A stretch of DNA of 64,000 nt, from NCBI GenBank assembly GCA_963763775.1, contig CAVXPZ010000001.1:1312001-1376000 (forward strand), read 5' to 3'. Shown here in pieces: positions 9,461 through 20,796 of the stretch (its first letter is position 1; every line of letters begins with the position of its first letter). This DNA is from an uncultured Chloroflexia bacterium (lineage in GTDB: Bacteria; Chloroflexota; Limnocylindria; Limnocylindrales; CSP1-4). Both the position numbers and the translations under genes were made by a program. The notes beneath the pieces are model-generated. The model was not told where the DNA came from and did no database searches. It was given only the letters and a program-made list of their open reading frames with translations.

Positions 9461-12071
9461 GTGCGCCTCGTCATCCGCGTCGTCGCGCTCGTCCTCATCG
9501 TGCTGCTCGTCATCGGGATCGCCGGCGCGGGGCTCCTGACCTGGGTCACGAACCGCGCCCTGCCGCAGACGAGCGGGAACCTCGCCGTGCCAGGCCTCGC
9601 GGCGCCGGCCACGGTGGCCCGCGACGCGAACGGCATCGCGCAGATCACCGCCGACACCCCGCACGACCTCTTCATGGCCCAGGGCTACGTCCACGCCCAG
9701 GAACGCATGTGGCAGATGGAGGTCTGGCGACACATCTCCGCGGGCCGACTGAGCGAGATGTTCGGGGCCAGCCAACTCGACACGGACCGGTTCATCCGGA
9801 CCCTCGGCTGGCGCCAGGCCGCCGCGCAGGACCTCGCGGCGTTCAGCCCGGCCACGATCGCGATCCTCGACGCGTACACGGCCGGCGTGAATGCCTGGCT
9901 CGACGCGCACCGTGGGTCCCTCGGGCTCGCCTTCCTCGCCTCTGGGACGACACCCGAGCCGTGGACGAACCTCGACACGGTCGCCTGGGTCAAGGTCCAG
10001 GCGTGGGACCTCGGCCACGACCTCGACTCGGAGGTGTTCCGGTACCTCGCCGACGCCAAGCTCGGCGACCCGGCCCGGACCGACGCCCTCTTCCCGCCCT
10101 ATCCCGAAGGCGCGCCGGTCATCACGCCGAGCGGCCTGCCCGGGAGTGGCGGCGCCGGCGCCGACCGAGCACCCGTCGCATCCGTCGATCGGGCTCCCGT
10201 GACCGCGCGTCGAGCGGCGCCGACCGACGCGCGAGATCGCCGGCCTGCGACACGTGGCCGCGCTGGGCCGCGACCTGCTCCGGCTCGGCGGCGTCGGCAC
10301 CGATGGCCCGCTGGCGGGGACCAGCGGGGTCGGCTCGAACAACTGGGTCGTCGGCCCGGCCATGTCGGCGACGGGCGGCGCCCTCCTCGCGAACGACCCG
10401 CATCTCGGGGTCTCGATGCCGTCGATCTGGATCATCAACGGGCTCCACTGCCGGGTCGTCAGCGACGCGTGCCCGTACGACGTGGCCGGGGTCAGCTTTC
10501 CCGGCGCGCCCGGCATCGTCCTGGGGCACGACGCCCGCGCCGCCTGGGGCGCCACGAACATCTACGCGGACGTCCAGGACCTGGTCGTCGAGACCGTCGA
10601 TCCCGCGAACCCGGCGGCGTACCTCACCCCGAAGGGCTCGGTCCCGTTCACGATCCGGCACGAGGAGATCGCCGTGAAGGGCGCGACGCCGGTCGCCCTG
10701 GACGTCCGGGAGACGGCGCACGGGCCGATCATCACGGACGTCGACACGCGGCTCGCCGGAGCCCCGCCGATGGCGCTCCGCTGGACGGCGCTGCAGGGGC
10801 CGGATCACACGCTCGAGGCGATCCTCGCCCTGTCGACGATCAAGGACTTCGACGACTTCCGGGCGGCGCTCTCGCTCTACGGCGCGCCGGCGCAGAACTT
10901 CGTGTATGCCGACGTCGACGGGCACATCGGCTACCAGTACCCGGGCGCGATGCCGATCCGCGGCGATGCCGCCGATACGGGTCTGCGACCCGTGGACGGC
11001 GCGGACGGCCACCACGAGTGGGTCGGCCGCATCCCGTATGACGACCTGCCCCGGCAGCTCGACCCCGAGCCCGGCTGGATCGTGACCGCGAACAACGCCC
11101 CCGTGGACGCGAACTACCCCGATGCGCTCGGGTCGGAGTGGGACCCCGGGTATCGCGCCCAGCGGATCATCGACCTGCTGAACCAGTACGGCCAGGACGG
11201 CGTCACGGTCGACGAGCTCGGGGCGATCCAGACCGACAGCGCGCCGGACCGGGCGCGGGACGTCGGGTTCGCCCTCAGCGACATGACGGACCCGGGCACC
11301 GGGGGCGTCGCCCCGGCGAGTGCGGACGGCGCCCTCATCCGCCAGCGGATCGACGAGTGGGACGGGGCCTGCGACACCGAGAGCCTCGGGTGCGCCGCCT
11401 ACATGAGCTGGGAGTACCGCGTCCTGCGTGACATCTTCGACGACGACCTCGGGACCGTGGCGCGCGATTACGTGGGCAGCGGCGCTTCCTGGGTGATGCT
11501 CGCGGACCTGCTCGGGGACCCGACGTCGCCGTGGTGGGACGACACCGCCACGCCCGGCGTCGTCGAGACGGCCGATCAGATCGTGGCGCGAGCGATGGAC
11601 GAGGCCGGCGCCGAACTCCGGACGGCTCTCGGGTCGCCGGACACCTGGACGTGGGGGCGACTCCATCCGGTGAGCTTCCGGGAGCCGACGCTCGGGTCGA
11701 GCGGCATCGCGCCGCTGGAGGCGTACTTCGACAAGGGGCCCTACCCGGTCGCCGGGGCCGACGGAGCACCGGACGCCACCTCCTGGAACGCCTCGAGTGC
11801 GTACCCGGACCCGACGGACCCCTCCTACGTGCCGGCCGGCATCGGCGGCGTGTTCGACGTGACCGACCTGCCGAGCTACCGACTCGCCATCGACATGCAC
11901 GACCTCGACGGCGCTCGGATCATCATCACGACCGGCCAGTCCGGGAACCCGGGCGACGCGCACTATGGGGACATGATCGAGGCTTGGCGGACCGGCGGGA
12001 CCGTGCCGCTGCCGTTCACGCCCGCGGCGATCTCGGCGTCGGCGGTGTCCACGCTCACGCTCACCCCGTGA
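9461..12071 (+). CDS. Penicillin acylase (Ntn-hydrolase S45) family protein; frameshifted near 10170-10255
   Basis: Alpha part QGYVHAQERMWQM in ORF 9461; beta part GSNNWVV..LLANDPHL and QNFVYADVDGHIGY..TGQSGNP in ORF 10254; N-terminal membrane anchor. Confidence 0.88.
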
Positions 12072-13270
12072 CGCATCCGTCGGCGTCGACCCACGTCGCC
12101 GTCATCGGCGCCGGGACGATGGGCGCCTGGACGGCGCTCGCGGCGCGGCGCGCCGGGACCGCCGCCACGCTCATCGATGCCTTCGGCGCCGGGAACCCCC
12201 GATCCACCTCCGGTGACGAGAGCCGCATCCTCCGGAGCGCCCATGGCGACGACCGCCTGTACCCGGCGTGGTCGCGCCGCGCCCGGGAGGCCTGGCTCGC
12301 CTTCGACGAGGAGGTCGGGGAGACGTTCCTCCTGCCGACGGGCGCGCTGTGGCTCGCCCACCGCGACGGGGGCTTCGAGGCGGCGTCGGAGGCCGCGATG
12401 CGCTCGTTGGGGATCCCCGTGGAGCGCCTCATGCCAGCGGAGGCGGCCGAGCGATGGCCGGCGATGGTCACCGACGACCTCGCGTTCGTCGTCCATGAGC
12501 CCGAAGCCGGCCTGCTGCTCGCCCGGCAGGCCATCGCCGCGGTGGCGAGGCGGTTCGCCGACCTCGGCGGCCGCCGGGAGCTCGCGTGGGCCGTGCCGGG
12601 TCGGGTCGAGGGTCGTCGACTGCTGGACGTGGCCCTCGGGGACGGTGGTCGCATCCCGGCCGACGAGTTCGTGTTCGCCGCCGGACCCTGGCTCCCGCGG
12701 CTCTTCCCGGGCCTGCTCGGCGACCGCATCCGCGTGACGAAGCAGGACGTCGTCTTCGTCGGTCCCGACGCCGGCGACGGCCGGTTCGGGCCGGACCGTC
12801 TGCCGTGCTGGGTGGACTACGACGCCGCGTTCTATGGTCTGCCGGCGATCGAGGGTGGCGGCATGAAGCTCGCGCCCGACCGGTACGGGCCCGTCTTCGA
12901 CCCGTCCCATGGCGAGCGGATCGTCGACCCGGAGTCGGTGCGACTGGCGCGGCGGTACCTGGCGAGGCGGTTCCCCGCGATCGCGGACGGGCCGATCATC
13001 CAGACGCGCGTCTGCCAGTACGAGACCACCCCGGACACGCACTTCATCCTCGACCGGCATCCGGACTTCGACAACGTGTGGATCGCGGGCGGTGGTTCCG
13101 GCCACGGGTTCAAGCACGGGCCCGTCATCGGCGAGTACCTGCTCGCCCGGATGGCCGGGGCGGCCCCGACCGATGACGAGGCCCGGTTCGGGCTCGGTCA
13201 CGAGCGGATCTCGAAGCCGAACATGCGGACCGGAGCCGACGGCATGGTCGAGGGCTGGTCGGACTGGTAG
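12068..13270 (+). CDS. FAD-dependent oxidoreductase, sarcosine/pipecolate/N-methyltryptophan oxidase (DAO) family
   Basis: VIGAGTMG, STSGDESRILR, CQYETTPD and GGSGHGFKHGP motifs; GTGA overlap with the acylase stop. Confidence 0.85.
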   Translation: MTHPSASTHVAVIGAGTMGAWTALAARRAGTAATLIDAFGAGNPRSTSGDESRILRSAHGDDRLYPAWSRRAREAWLAFDEEVGETFLLPTGALWLAHRDGGFEAASEAAMRSLGIPVERLMPAEAAERWPAMVTDDLAFVVHEPEAGLLLARQAIAAVARRFADLGGRRELAWAVPGRVEGRRLLDVALGDGGRIPADEFVFAAGPWLPRLFPGLLGDRIRVTKQDVVFVGPDAGDGRFGPDRLPCWVDYDAAFYGLPAIEGGGMKLAPDRYGPVFDPSHGERIVDPESVRLARRYLARRFPAIADGPIIQTRVCQYETTPDTHFILDRHPDFDNVWIAGGGSGHGFKHGPVIGEYLLARMAGAAPTDDEARFGLGHERISKPNMRTGADGMVEGWSDW

Positions 13271-13327
13271 GCGACCGTGCCTCGGTGGCGCGGTCCCAGC
13301 CGCGCGGCCCGGGCCGCGACGGCTTGT

Positions 13328-13866
13328 TCAGACTGGCGCGGCGACTCGCATGGGGGCCGGCGTCCGTACCTCGACCTCGGGGAAGCTGACGGCCTCGTCG
13401 GCGGTGGGGACGATCCACTCGACCAGGCTGCGGTTCACGATCGCGGTGCCGACGTCGCGCGCCACGATGCTGCCCGCGAGGGTGTAGGCGATCGTCGCGT
13501 TCGTGAGCGGCACCATCGGCTCGCGCTTGCGGACGCTGTCCTCGGGTCGACCCCCGGCGGCAGATGGCGCTGGCCGAGGATCCGATAGGGGCCGACCTGC
13601 AGCTCCATCCGGGCGATGGCGAGGTCCACGCGCTGTTCGACCGCGCCACGGGGACCGGTGCCGACCACGACGAGGAGGTCACTGCGCTCGAGGGACACGG
13701 AGTCGACCTCGACGAGGTGGCCGTCGTCGAGGCTCTCGAACGTGACGGTGTGCAGCAGGAACCGCGCCTGTCCGTTGAGGAAGTCGGTCAGGCGGTCGCC
13801 GAACATCGTGACCTTGGCCGAGATGGTGCAGTCCTCGCCGAACGCGAGGAAGTCGACGCCTTGCAT
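13328..13866 (-). CDS. Hypothetical protein (frameshift near 13530)
   Basis: MQGVDFLAFGEDCTISAKV..DRLTDFLN..GPYRILG joins MVPLTNATIAY..IVNR in another frame; protein-like composition. Confidence 0.55.
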
Positions 13867-13932
13867 GGTCTCGGCACCGTACGCGGCGCGCCACCGCGCG
13901 ACCACCGGACCTTCGTACGGGCGCGGGCGACC

Positions 13933-14268
13933 CTACTCGCTGATCTCGAGCGGGCCGTCGGGGACCTCGATCAGGACGCGACCGTCCTCGACGACGACCG
14001 GGTAGACGGCGAGCGGCGACTCGGCCGGCGGGTCGAGCGCCTCGCCGTTCTCGAGGTCGAAGCGCGACAGGTGGAGCGCGCAGGTCAGCGTCCCGGCCGT
14101 CAGGAACCCCTTGTCGAGCTCGAAGTACTCGTGCGAGCAGACGCCCTGGAGGGCGTGGAACTCGCCGTTCGTGTTCACCACCAGCACCTGGTCCGTGCCG
14201 TCCACGAACGTCATCTTCATCGTGCCCTCGGGCACCTCGTCGACGGCGATGAGGTCGATCCGCCTCAT
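13933..14268 (-). CDS. Rieske [2Fe-2S] ferredoxin
   Basis: CSH..CALHLSRFDLENG (CxH..CxxH). Confidence 0.88.
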   Translation of the reverse strand: MRRIDLIAVDEVPEGTMKMTFVDGTDQVLVVNTNGEFHALQGVCSHEYFELDKGFLTAGTLTCALHLSRFDLENGEALDPPAESPLAVYPVVVEDGRVLIEVPDGPLEISE

Positions 14269-14296
14269 CGCGGCCGGCGCCCGGGTGATGGGGGCA

Positions 14297-15680
14297 TCAG
14301 GCGGCGGCCTCGGTGCCGTCCCCGGCGCCGGTCCCGGCCGCCCACTTCGACTCGAGCAGCTCGCGCAGGCGATCCTGGGCCTCGCCGAGCGGGACGCGCG
14401 CCACGACCGGCTCGAGGAAGCCGAGCACGATGAACTTGCGGGCTTCGTCGGGCGGGATGCCGCGGCTCTCCAGGTAGAAGAGCTGGGTCTCGTCGATCGG
14501 CCCGACCGAGCTGGAGTGCGCGGCACGCCGGCAGTCCGGCTGGTCGATCTCGAGGCTCGGGATCGCCACCGACCGCGCCGCCTTCGAGAGGTTCATCCCG
14601 AACTCGCCGAGGAAGCTGTCCGTGCCGACCGCGGTCTTCTCGATGGTGATGAGGCCCTTCATGTACGTCCGCGCGCGATCGAGGAGTGCGCCTTTCGAGA
14701 GCAGGTTCCCGGTCGTGTCTCGCCCGACATGCGTCGTGTACGAGGTGAGGTCGAAGAGCTGCTCGTCGCCGCCGAAGACGATCTCGACCTGCTCGACCGC
14801 GCTCCGGTCCCCGATGAGCCGGTTGTCGATCCGGCTGCGGACCAGCCGGCCGCCGAGCTGGGCCAGTGCCCAGTGGAGCGTCGCGCCCTCGCCGATCCGG
14901 GCGATCCGATGCTGGAACGCGATCACATCCGGGCCGAGCTCCTGGAGACCGGCCATCGCGAGCTTCGCGCCGGCCCCGAGCCGGACCTCGGTCGTCCCGG
15001 TGATGAGGCTCTGGCGGCCGGTCACGGCCTCGCCCGATGGCACGAGCTCCTCGACGAGGCTCGCCTCCGCGCCGTCGCCGAGCTCGATGACGGTCCGCGT
15101 GAGCAGTGCACGGTCCGGGGCGCCGACGGCCCAGCGGATGACGATCGGCCGCTCGACGCGGACGCCCGCGGGCACGCGCAGCACGACGCCCTGGTTCCAG
15201 CCGGCACGGGTCATCTGCGCGAGGCGATCGTCCTCGGGCAGCGACCCCGGCGTCGGCAAGCAGCGGTCGGGCCGCGCCCGGGTCGCGGGCGATGAAGGCC
15301 CCCAGCGATTCGATGGTGACGCCGGCCGCCGCGACCGCGGGGTCGAGGGCCATGGCCGCGATCGCGTCCTCGCGGAAGGAGGCCAACCCGGCGGTCCCGG
15401 GCTCGGGATCGGCCCCGCCGTCGACGTCGGCTGCGACGGCTGGCGCCTCGTAGGCGCGGACCGACTCGAGCGCCGCCGCCCGCAGGTCCACGTAGGTCGT
15501 GTAGAGCCGGTTGGACTCGACCGGGAGCGCGTTCGAGCGCTCGAGCGCGGCTCGGCGATCGTCGGTCAGCCACGCCGGCTCGGACGCGGCGGAGCGCTCG
15601 AGGAGGCCGTCGTCGAGCTGGAAGCTGAGGTCCGAGGGGGTCCGGCGAGGCGGGCGAGCGCGGGTGGCGGGTGCGCTCAC
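14297..15680 (-). CDS. sufD: Fe-S cluster assembly protein SufD (frameshift near 15260)
   Basis: Beta-helix C-terminus [44 protein letters not shown]; GTG overlaps the sufB stop. Confidence 0.85.
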
Positions 15681-17104
15681 CCGAGCGACCCCTCCATCTC
15701 GAGCTTCACGAGGCGGTTGAACTCGATGGCGTACTCCATCGGCAGTTCCTTGGTGAAGACCTCGAGGAAGCCCTGCACGATGAGGTTCGTCGCCTCGTTC
15801 TCGGTCAGCCCGCGGCTCATCAGGTAGAAGACCTGGTCGGCGCTGACCTTGCCGACGGTGGCCTCGTGGGACATCGTCGTGTCGTCTTCCTGGATGTCGA
15901 TGTAGGGGTACGTGTCGCTGCGGCTCTGGTCGTCGAGCATGAGCGCGTCGCAGCGCACGCTCGCGACGACGTTCGTCGAGCCGGGCGCCACCTTGAGCGA
16001 GCCGCGATACGTCGCCCGGCCGCCGTCCTTGGACACGGACTTGCTGACGATCCGCGAGCGGGTGTTCGGGGCGAGGTGGACCGCCTTGGCCCCCGTGTCC
16101 TGATGCTGGCCCTTGCCCGCGACGGCGACGCTGATGATGTCGGCCGTGGCGCCCTCGCCGCGGAGGTAGATGGCCGGGTACTTCATCGTGAGCCGCGAGC
16201 CGGTGTTCGCGTCGATCCACTCGACCGTGCTGTTCTCGTGCGCGTGGGCGCGCTTGGTCACGAGGTTGTAGACGTCGTTCGACCAGTTCTGGATCGTGGT
16301 GTAGCGGACCTTGGAACCCGGCAGGGCGATGACCTCGACGACCGCGACGTGCAGGGACTCGGTCGCGTAGATCGGGGCGGTACAGCCCTCGATGTAGTGG
16401 ACCTTGGCGCCCTCGTCGACGACGATCAGCGTCCGCTCGAACTGCCCGGTGTTCTCCCCGTTGATCCGGAAGTACGCCTGGAGCGGCAGCGGCACCTCGA
16501 CACCCTTGGGCACGTAGACGAACGACCCACCGGACCAGACGGCCGCGTTGAGCGCGGAGAACTTGTTGTCCTCGGCCGGGACGACGGTGCCGAAGTACTT
16601 GCGGAAGATCTCGGGGTATTCCTTGAGCGCCTGATCGGTGCCCATGAAGACCACGCCGAGCTTGGTGAGTTCCTCCTTGACCGAGTGGTAGACCACCTCG
16701 GAGTCGTACTGCGCGCCGACACCGGCAAGGAACTTGCGCTCCGCCTCGGGGATCCCGAGCTTCTCGAACGTCGCCTTGATCTGATCGGGGACGTCGTCCC
16801 ACGACTTCTCTTCCCGCTCGGACGGCTTGCGGTAGTAGACGATGTTCCCGAAGTCGATCTTCGAAAGGTCGCCGCCCCACGTCGGCAGCGGACGCTTCAG
16901 GAAATGGTCGTACGCGCGGAGGCGGTACTGGAGCATCCAGTCCGGCTCTTCCTTGAACCGGCTGATCTCCTCGACCGTCTCACGGGTCAGGCCGCGCTTC
17001 GTCTCCTGCAGGTAGACGATGTCGTCGTGGAAGGCGAACTGGTCGCGCTGGTCGGTGACGATCTCGCGGGCGGCGGTCATTCGATCCTCGGTCCTCAGGG
17101 TCAC
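15677..17104 (-). CDS. sufB: Fe-S cluster assembly protein SufB
   Basis: [40 protein letters not shown] and HEATVGK motifs; start may instead be 17080. Confidence 0.96.
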   Translation of the reverse strand: MTLRTEDRMTAAREIVTDQRDQFAFHDDIVYLQETKRGLTRETVEEISRFKEEPDWMLQYRLRAYDHFLKRPLPTWGGDLSKIDFGNIVYYRKPSEREEKSWDDVPDQIKATFEKLGIPEAERKFLAGVGAQYDSEVVYHSVKEELTKLGVVFMGTDQALKEYPEIFRKYFGTVVPAEDNKFSALNAAVWSGGSFVYVPKGVEVPLPLQAYFRINGENTGQFERTLIVVDEGAKVHYIEGCTAPIYATESLHVAVVEVIALPGSKVRYTTIQNWSNDVYNLVTKRAHAHENSTVEWIDANTGSRLTMKYPAIYLRGEGATADIISVAVAGKGQHQDTGAKAVHLAPNTRSRIVSKSVSKDGGRATYRGSLKVAPGSTNVVASVRCDALMLDDQSRSDTYPYIDIQEDDTTMSHEATVGKVSADQVFYLMSRGLTENEATNLIVQGFLEVFTKELPMEYAIEFNRLVKLEMEGSLG

Positions 17105-17142
17105 GGCTCGTGGCCGCGGGCGGGCTTGCAGCCAGCGATTTG

Positions 17143-17167
17143 AATTCCGAGTCAGATTATCGGGATT
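17143..17167. promoter_or_regulatory. Imperfect inverted repeat AATTCCGA-N9-TCGGGATT upstream of sufB (Rrf2/IscR-like operator candidate)
   Basis: AT-rich 25-bp near-palindrome about 40 bp upstream of sufB. Confidence 0.5.
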
Positions 17168-17362
17168 ACGGGTCGGACCGTCAACGACGGGGGTCAGGAC
17201 GCCGCGCCGTGGTGACAGCTGGCACCGCTCGTCGGGCCATCTTCATGCGTGATTCGGGACCTCGACCCTACAATCGGGTCCCCGGACGGCACCAGATGGG
17301 CCATCCATGTCCCGCGACCCGGCAGGCCGCCGGGTGGGCGGCGACCGGAGCAAGAGGCGCGA

Positions 17363-18550
17363 GTGAGGGACACACGGGTCCGCCGCATGGCGGTCGGACC
17401 ACTCGCGATCGGGCTGGTGCTGCTCCTCGCCGCGCAGGTCGTCGGCCTGAGCTGGACCGGCGACCGCGCCCTCACGGCGTCGGGCGGTGCGTACGCCTAT
17501 GGCGGCGGGCTCGCCGTCTCCTCCCCGACCGTGGCGCACGCCGTGTACGAGCAGAAGGTGCTCGGCGCCTTCGTGGTGTTCTACCGACGGTCCGCGACCT
17601 CGGGGACGACGTGGGGGACGCCGATCCAGCTGTCCCGACGCAACGTCGGCGCGGCCGGCGCCCCGTCGATCGATGCGGCCGGCAGCAAGGTGGACGCGGT
17701 CTGGGTCGAGGGCGACAAGATCATCAGCGGCCTCGATTCGGTCGTGATGTACCGGCGAAGCACCGACGGCGGCAAGACGTGGAAGGCGCCGATCCAGCTC
17801 TCGCCGACGCTCGGCTCCGCGGGTCTGCCGCGAGTCCTGCGCGGGCCGGCTGGACGCGTCCTCGTCACGTGGACCGACGAGGTCTCGGGCGTCATCTCCG
17901 TCCGCGCGAGCACGAACGGCGGGGCCTCGTTCGGTGCCGCGAAGGTCCTGGCCCGGACGTCGAACCACCCGCTGAAGGACCGATCCCTGTCGGAGGCCTA
18001 CCCGACGCTCGCGTCCGGGACCGGCGTCATCTACGCGGCGTATGCGGCGGGCCCGAAGACCATCCGACTGCGCCGCTCGACCGATGGCGGCGCCCACTGG
18101 AGCAAGGCCGTCACGCTCGCGACGAACGCATCCGGACAGGGGCTGTCGGTCGCCGCCCACGGCTCGACCGTCGTCGTGGGCTATGCCGCGACCAGCGGGG
18201 GGGACGCGTGGGCGGTCGTCCGCCGAAGCGGCACCAAGGGCGTCCGATGGGGCGCCGCGGGTGCGCTGGCGGCGCGGTCCGGGGCGCCCAGCTCAGCACC
18301 CGTGATCACCTATCGCGCCGGGGCGTTCCATGCCGCGTTCGAGAAGTGCCTGTCTGACGCCTGCTCGAGGAGCGCCGTCTACTACCGCCGGAGCGCGGGA
18401 GGCAGCACCTGGTCGAAGGCGGTCGCGGTGTCGGTCCGCAAGCGCAGCTTCGACTACCCCGTCGATGTCGACGTCGCGACCAAGGTCCTGGTGCTCTACG
18501 ACGATGTGAACGGGTCGGCGGGCGACGTGTACGTCCGCCAGGGGCACTGA
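17363..18550 (+). CDS. Secreted BNR/Asp-box (sialidase-like) beta-propeller protein
   Basis: Signal-like N-terminus; repeated SxDGGxxW Asp-boxes (STDGGKTW, STNGGASF, STDGGAHW). Confidence 0.75.
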   Translation: MRDTRVRRMAVGPLAIGLVLLLAAQVVGLSWTGDRALTASGGAYAYGGGLAVSSPTVAHAVYEQKVLGAFVVFYRRSATSGTTWGTPIQLSRRNVGAAGAPSIDAAGSKVDAVWVEGDKIISGLDSVVMYRRSTDGGKTWKAPIQLSPTLGSAGLPRVLRGPAGRVLVTWTDEVSGVISVRASTNGGASFGAAKVLARTSNHPLKDRSLSEAYPTLASGTGVIYAAYAAGPKTIRLRRSTDGGAHWSKAVTLATNASGQGLSVAAHGSTVVVGYAATSGGDAWAVVRRSGTKGVRWGAAGALAARSGAPSSAPVITYRAGAFHAAFEKCLSDACSRSAVYYRRSAGGSTWSKAVAVSVRKRSFDYPVDVDVATKVLVLYDDVNGSAGDVYVRQGH

Positions 18551-18554
18551 CGCG

Positions 18555-20738
18555 ATGTCGATGGTTCGTCGGGTCCGGACCGTCGTGGTTCTTGCGGTCG
18601 TGCTCGCCGCGGCGGTCCCCGGCGTCGCCCGGGCCACCTGGACGTCGACCGAGGTCACCTCGAACACGCATTTCGACGAACCCGCGCTGACGCTCGACGC
18701 GCACGGCGACGCCCACGTCGCTTACATCGCCTACGGCGATCGGCCGGGGTTGTTCTTCGCCACGGACGCGTCCGGCTCCTGGGACTCGACGCGCCTGACG
18801 ACGGCGCGGGACGAGGCTCCGGCGATCGCCGTCGACGGTGACGGCCACGACCACATCGCGTTCGTCCGCTACGGCGCCGATGCCGGCCTCTACTACGCCA
18901 CGGATCGGACGGGCGACTGGATCGTGACCCGCCTTTCGGACGAGCCCGCCGACGCGCCGTCCATCGCCCTCGATGCCGACGGCCGTGCCCACATCGCGTT
19001 CGCCAGCGGCTCCTTCGACCCGGGGATCGTCGCCTTCGACGACTCGACGGGCGACTGGGTGCGGAGCCAGGTCACGCAGGCGCCCCTGGACGGCTCGACG
19101 TCGATCGTGGTCCTCGCGGACGGCACGTCGCGGATCGCCTTCGCCCGATACGCGCCGGAGGCGCCCGGGATCTACGTCGCCTCCACCAGGGCCGTCGGTG
19201 GCGCGTGGTCGCTCGAACGCGTGACCACGGCCTACGACGATGAGCCATCGCTCGCCGTGCGGTCCCCGGCCGAGGTGGACGTGGCGTTCATCCGCTTCCA
19301 GTCGACCGGGCGCGGCCTGTACGTCGCGACCCGGACGACCGCGGCGATCGGCGACTGGACGACGACCGCCCTCTCGGTGGACAGCGCGCGCTACTACGAC
19401 CGGCCGTCCATGGCCGCGGGCGCCGACGGACGCGCCTCGATCGTGTATTCGCTGGCGAGCAGCACGGGCGACCCGTTGGGGCTGTTCGTCGCCCGGCAGT
19501 CCGCGTCCGGGTCGTGGTCCTCGGGCGACGCGCTGACGAGCCAGGGGCGCTCGGATGACTGGCCGTCGCTGGCGCTGGATGCGACCGGCGAGGAGCACGT
19601 CGCCTTCGCTGAAGCCGACATCGGCCCGAACCCTGGCGTCTACGTCGGGGACTCGGTGTCCTTCGATCTGGTCGCCGGCTCCACGGTCGATAGCGACGTC
19701 TCGTTGACGGTCGCCGACGGCGGGACGCAGGTCGCGTTCAAGCGGCTCTCGGACGGCCCCGACCGCGGCATCCGAGCCGGACAGCAGGCATCCGGGACGT
19801 GGCGCTTCGAGGCGGCGTCGAAGGACCCCTCCGCGCCGAGCGTCGTGGTCGACGACGCGTGGCACGCCAGGATCTTCACGGGTGACCTCGAGCTGACCGA
19901 GTCGACCGGTGCCTGGGCGCGCACGACGCTGGGCCTGGGCGGCAGCGGGCTTCGCGCGACGCTCGGCCCGGACGGGCATGCCTGGCTCGCCTATCAGGAA
20001 GGCCCCGACCGCCCGATGATCGCGACCGACCGGTCCGGGACGTGGGAGACGGCCAAGGGATTCTTCGGGTTCGCCGGTTCCGGCGCCGTCGCCATCGGGC
20101 CGGACGGCCGGATCCACTGGGTCATCGCCGGCGACACCCTCGCCTACGAGACCGCCATGTCCATCGACGGCACGTGGACCGAGAAGGGCCTCGGCCGGCA
20201 GGCGACCGATCCGAGCATCGCGGTCGACGCCGCGGGCAAGGTCCACATCGTGTGGCGCCGGACGACCTCGGACGAGGGCACGTACTACACGACCAACGCC
20301 TCCGGGTCCTGGGTGACGACCCGCCTGACGCGGACCTCGGCCGAGGGCGCCCCGGCGCTCGCGCTCGACGCGACCGGGCATGTCTACGTCGCCGTGGTCC
20401 GCGCCTACTGGGCGGCCGACCCCGGCCTGTACCTCGTGACCGACCGAAGCGGCAGCTGGGCAACCACCCGGATCGAGGGCTCGTTCGATGCCATGGACCC
20501 GCAACTCGCGGTCGATGCGACCGGACGAGCCACGATCGTCCTGGGCCGCGACCACGCGGGCCTCCGCGAGTTCCACGAGACGGGCGCCGCGGCCACGACG
20601 GCGTCGGGGCGCTCGGCGCGGTACCGCGAGGTCGACCTGGGGCCGGAGCGCGCCCGGGCTGGCGGACGCCTCCAGACGACGGACTCGTCCGGCCCGGCGA
20701 CGGCCCCGCACACCTCCCCGGCCGGCGGCACGCCCTAG
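18555..20738 (+). CDS. Secreted repeat protein, probable double 7-bladed beta-propeller
   Basis: Signal peptide (RRVRTVVVLAVVLAAAVPGVARA); 14 repeats of PxLAxDxxGxxHxAF..YATxxSGxW. Confidence 0.75.
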   Translation: MSMVRRVRTVVVLAVVLAAAVPGVARATWTSTEVTSNTHFDEPALTLDAHGDAHVAYIAYGDRPGLFFATDASGSWDSTRLTTARDEAPAIAVDGDGHDHIAFVRYGADAGLYYATDRTGDWIVTRLSDEPADAPSIALDADGRAHIAFASGSFDPGIVAFDDSTGDWVRSQVTQAPLDGSTSIVVLADGTSRIAFARYAPEAPGIYVASTRAVGGAWSLERVTTAYDDEPSLAVRSPAEVDVAFIRFQSTGRGLYVATRTTAAIGDWTTTALSVDSARYYDRPSMAAGADGRASIVYSLASSTGDPLGLFVARQSASGSWSSGDALTSQGRSDDWPSLALDATGEEHVAFAEADIGPNPGVYVGDSVSFDLVAGSTVDSDVSLTVADGGTQVAFKRLSDGPDRGIRAGQQASGTWRFEAASKDPSAPSVVVDDAWHARIFTGDLELTESTGAWARTTLGLGGSGLRATLGPDGHAWLAYQEGPDRPMIATDRSGTWETAKGFFGFAGSGAVAIGPDGRIHWVIAGDTLAYETAMSIDGTWTEKGLGRQATDPSIAVDAAGKVHIVWRRTTSDEGTYYTTNASGSWVTTRLTRTSAEGAPALALDATGHVYVAVVRAYWAADPGLYLVTDRSGSWATTRIEGSFDAMDPQLAVDATGRATIVLGRDHAGLREFHETGAAATTASGRSARYREVDLGPERARAGGRLQTTDSSGPATAPHTSPAGGTP

Positions 20739-20796
20739 ACCCCGTCGGTCCAGCGGTCTTCCCGCCGTACCGCGAAGGCCGCGGTACGATGCCGCC

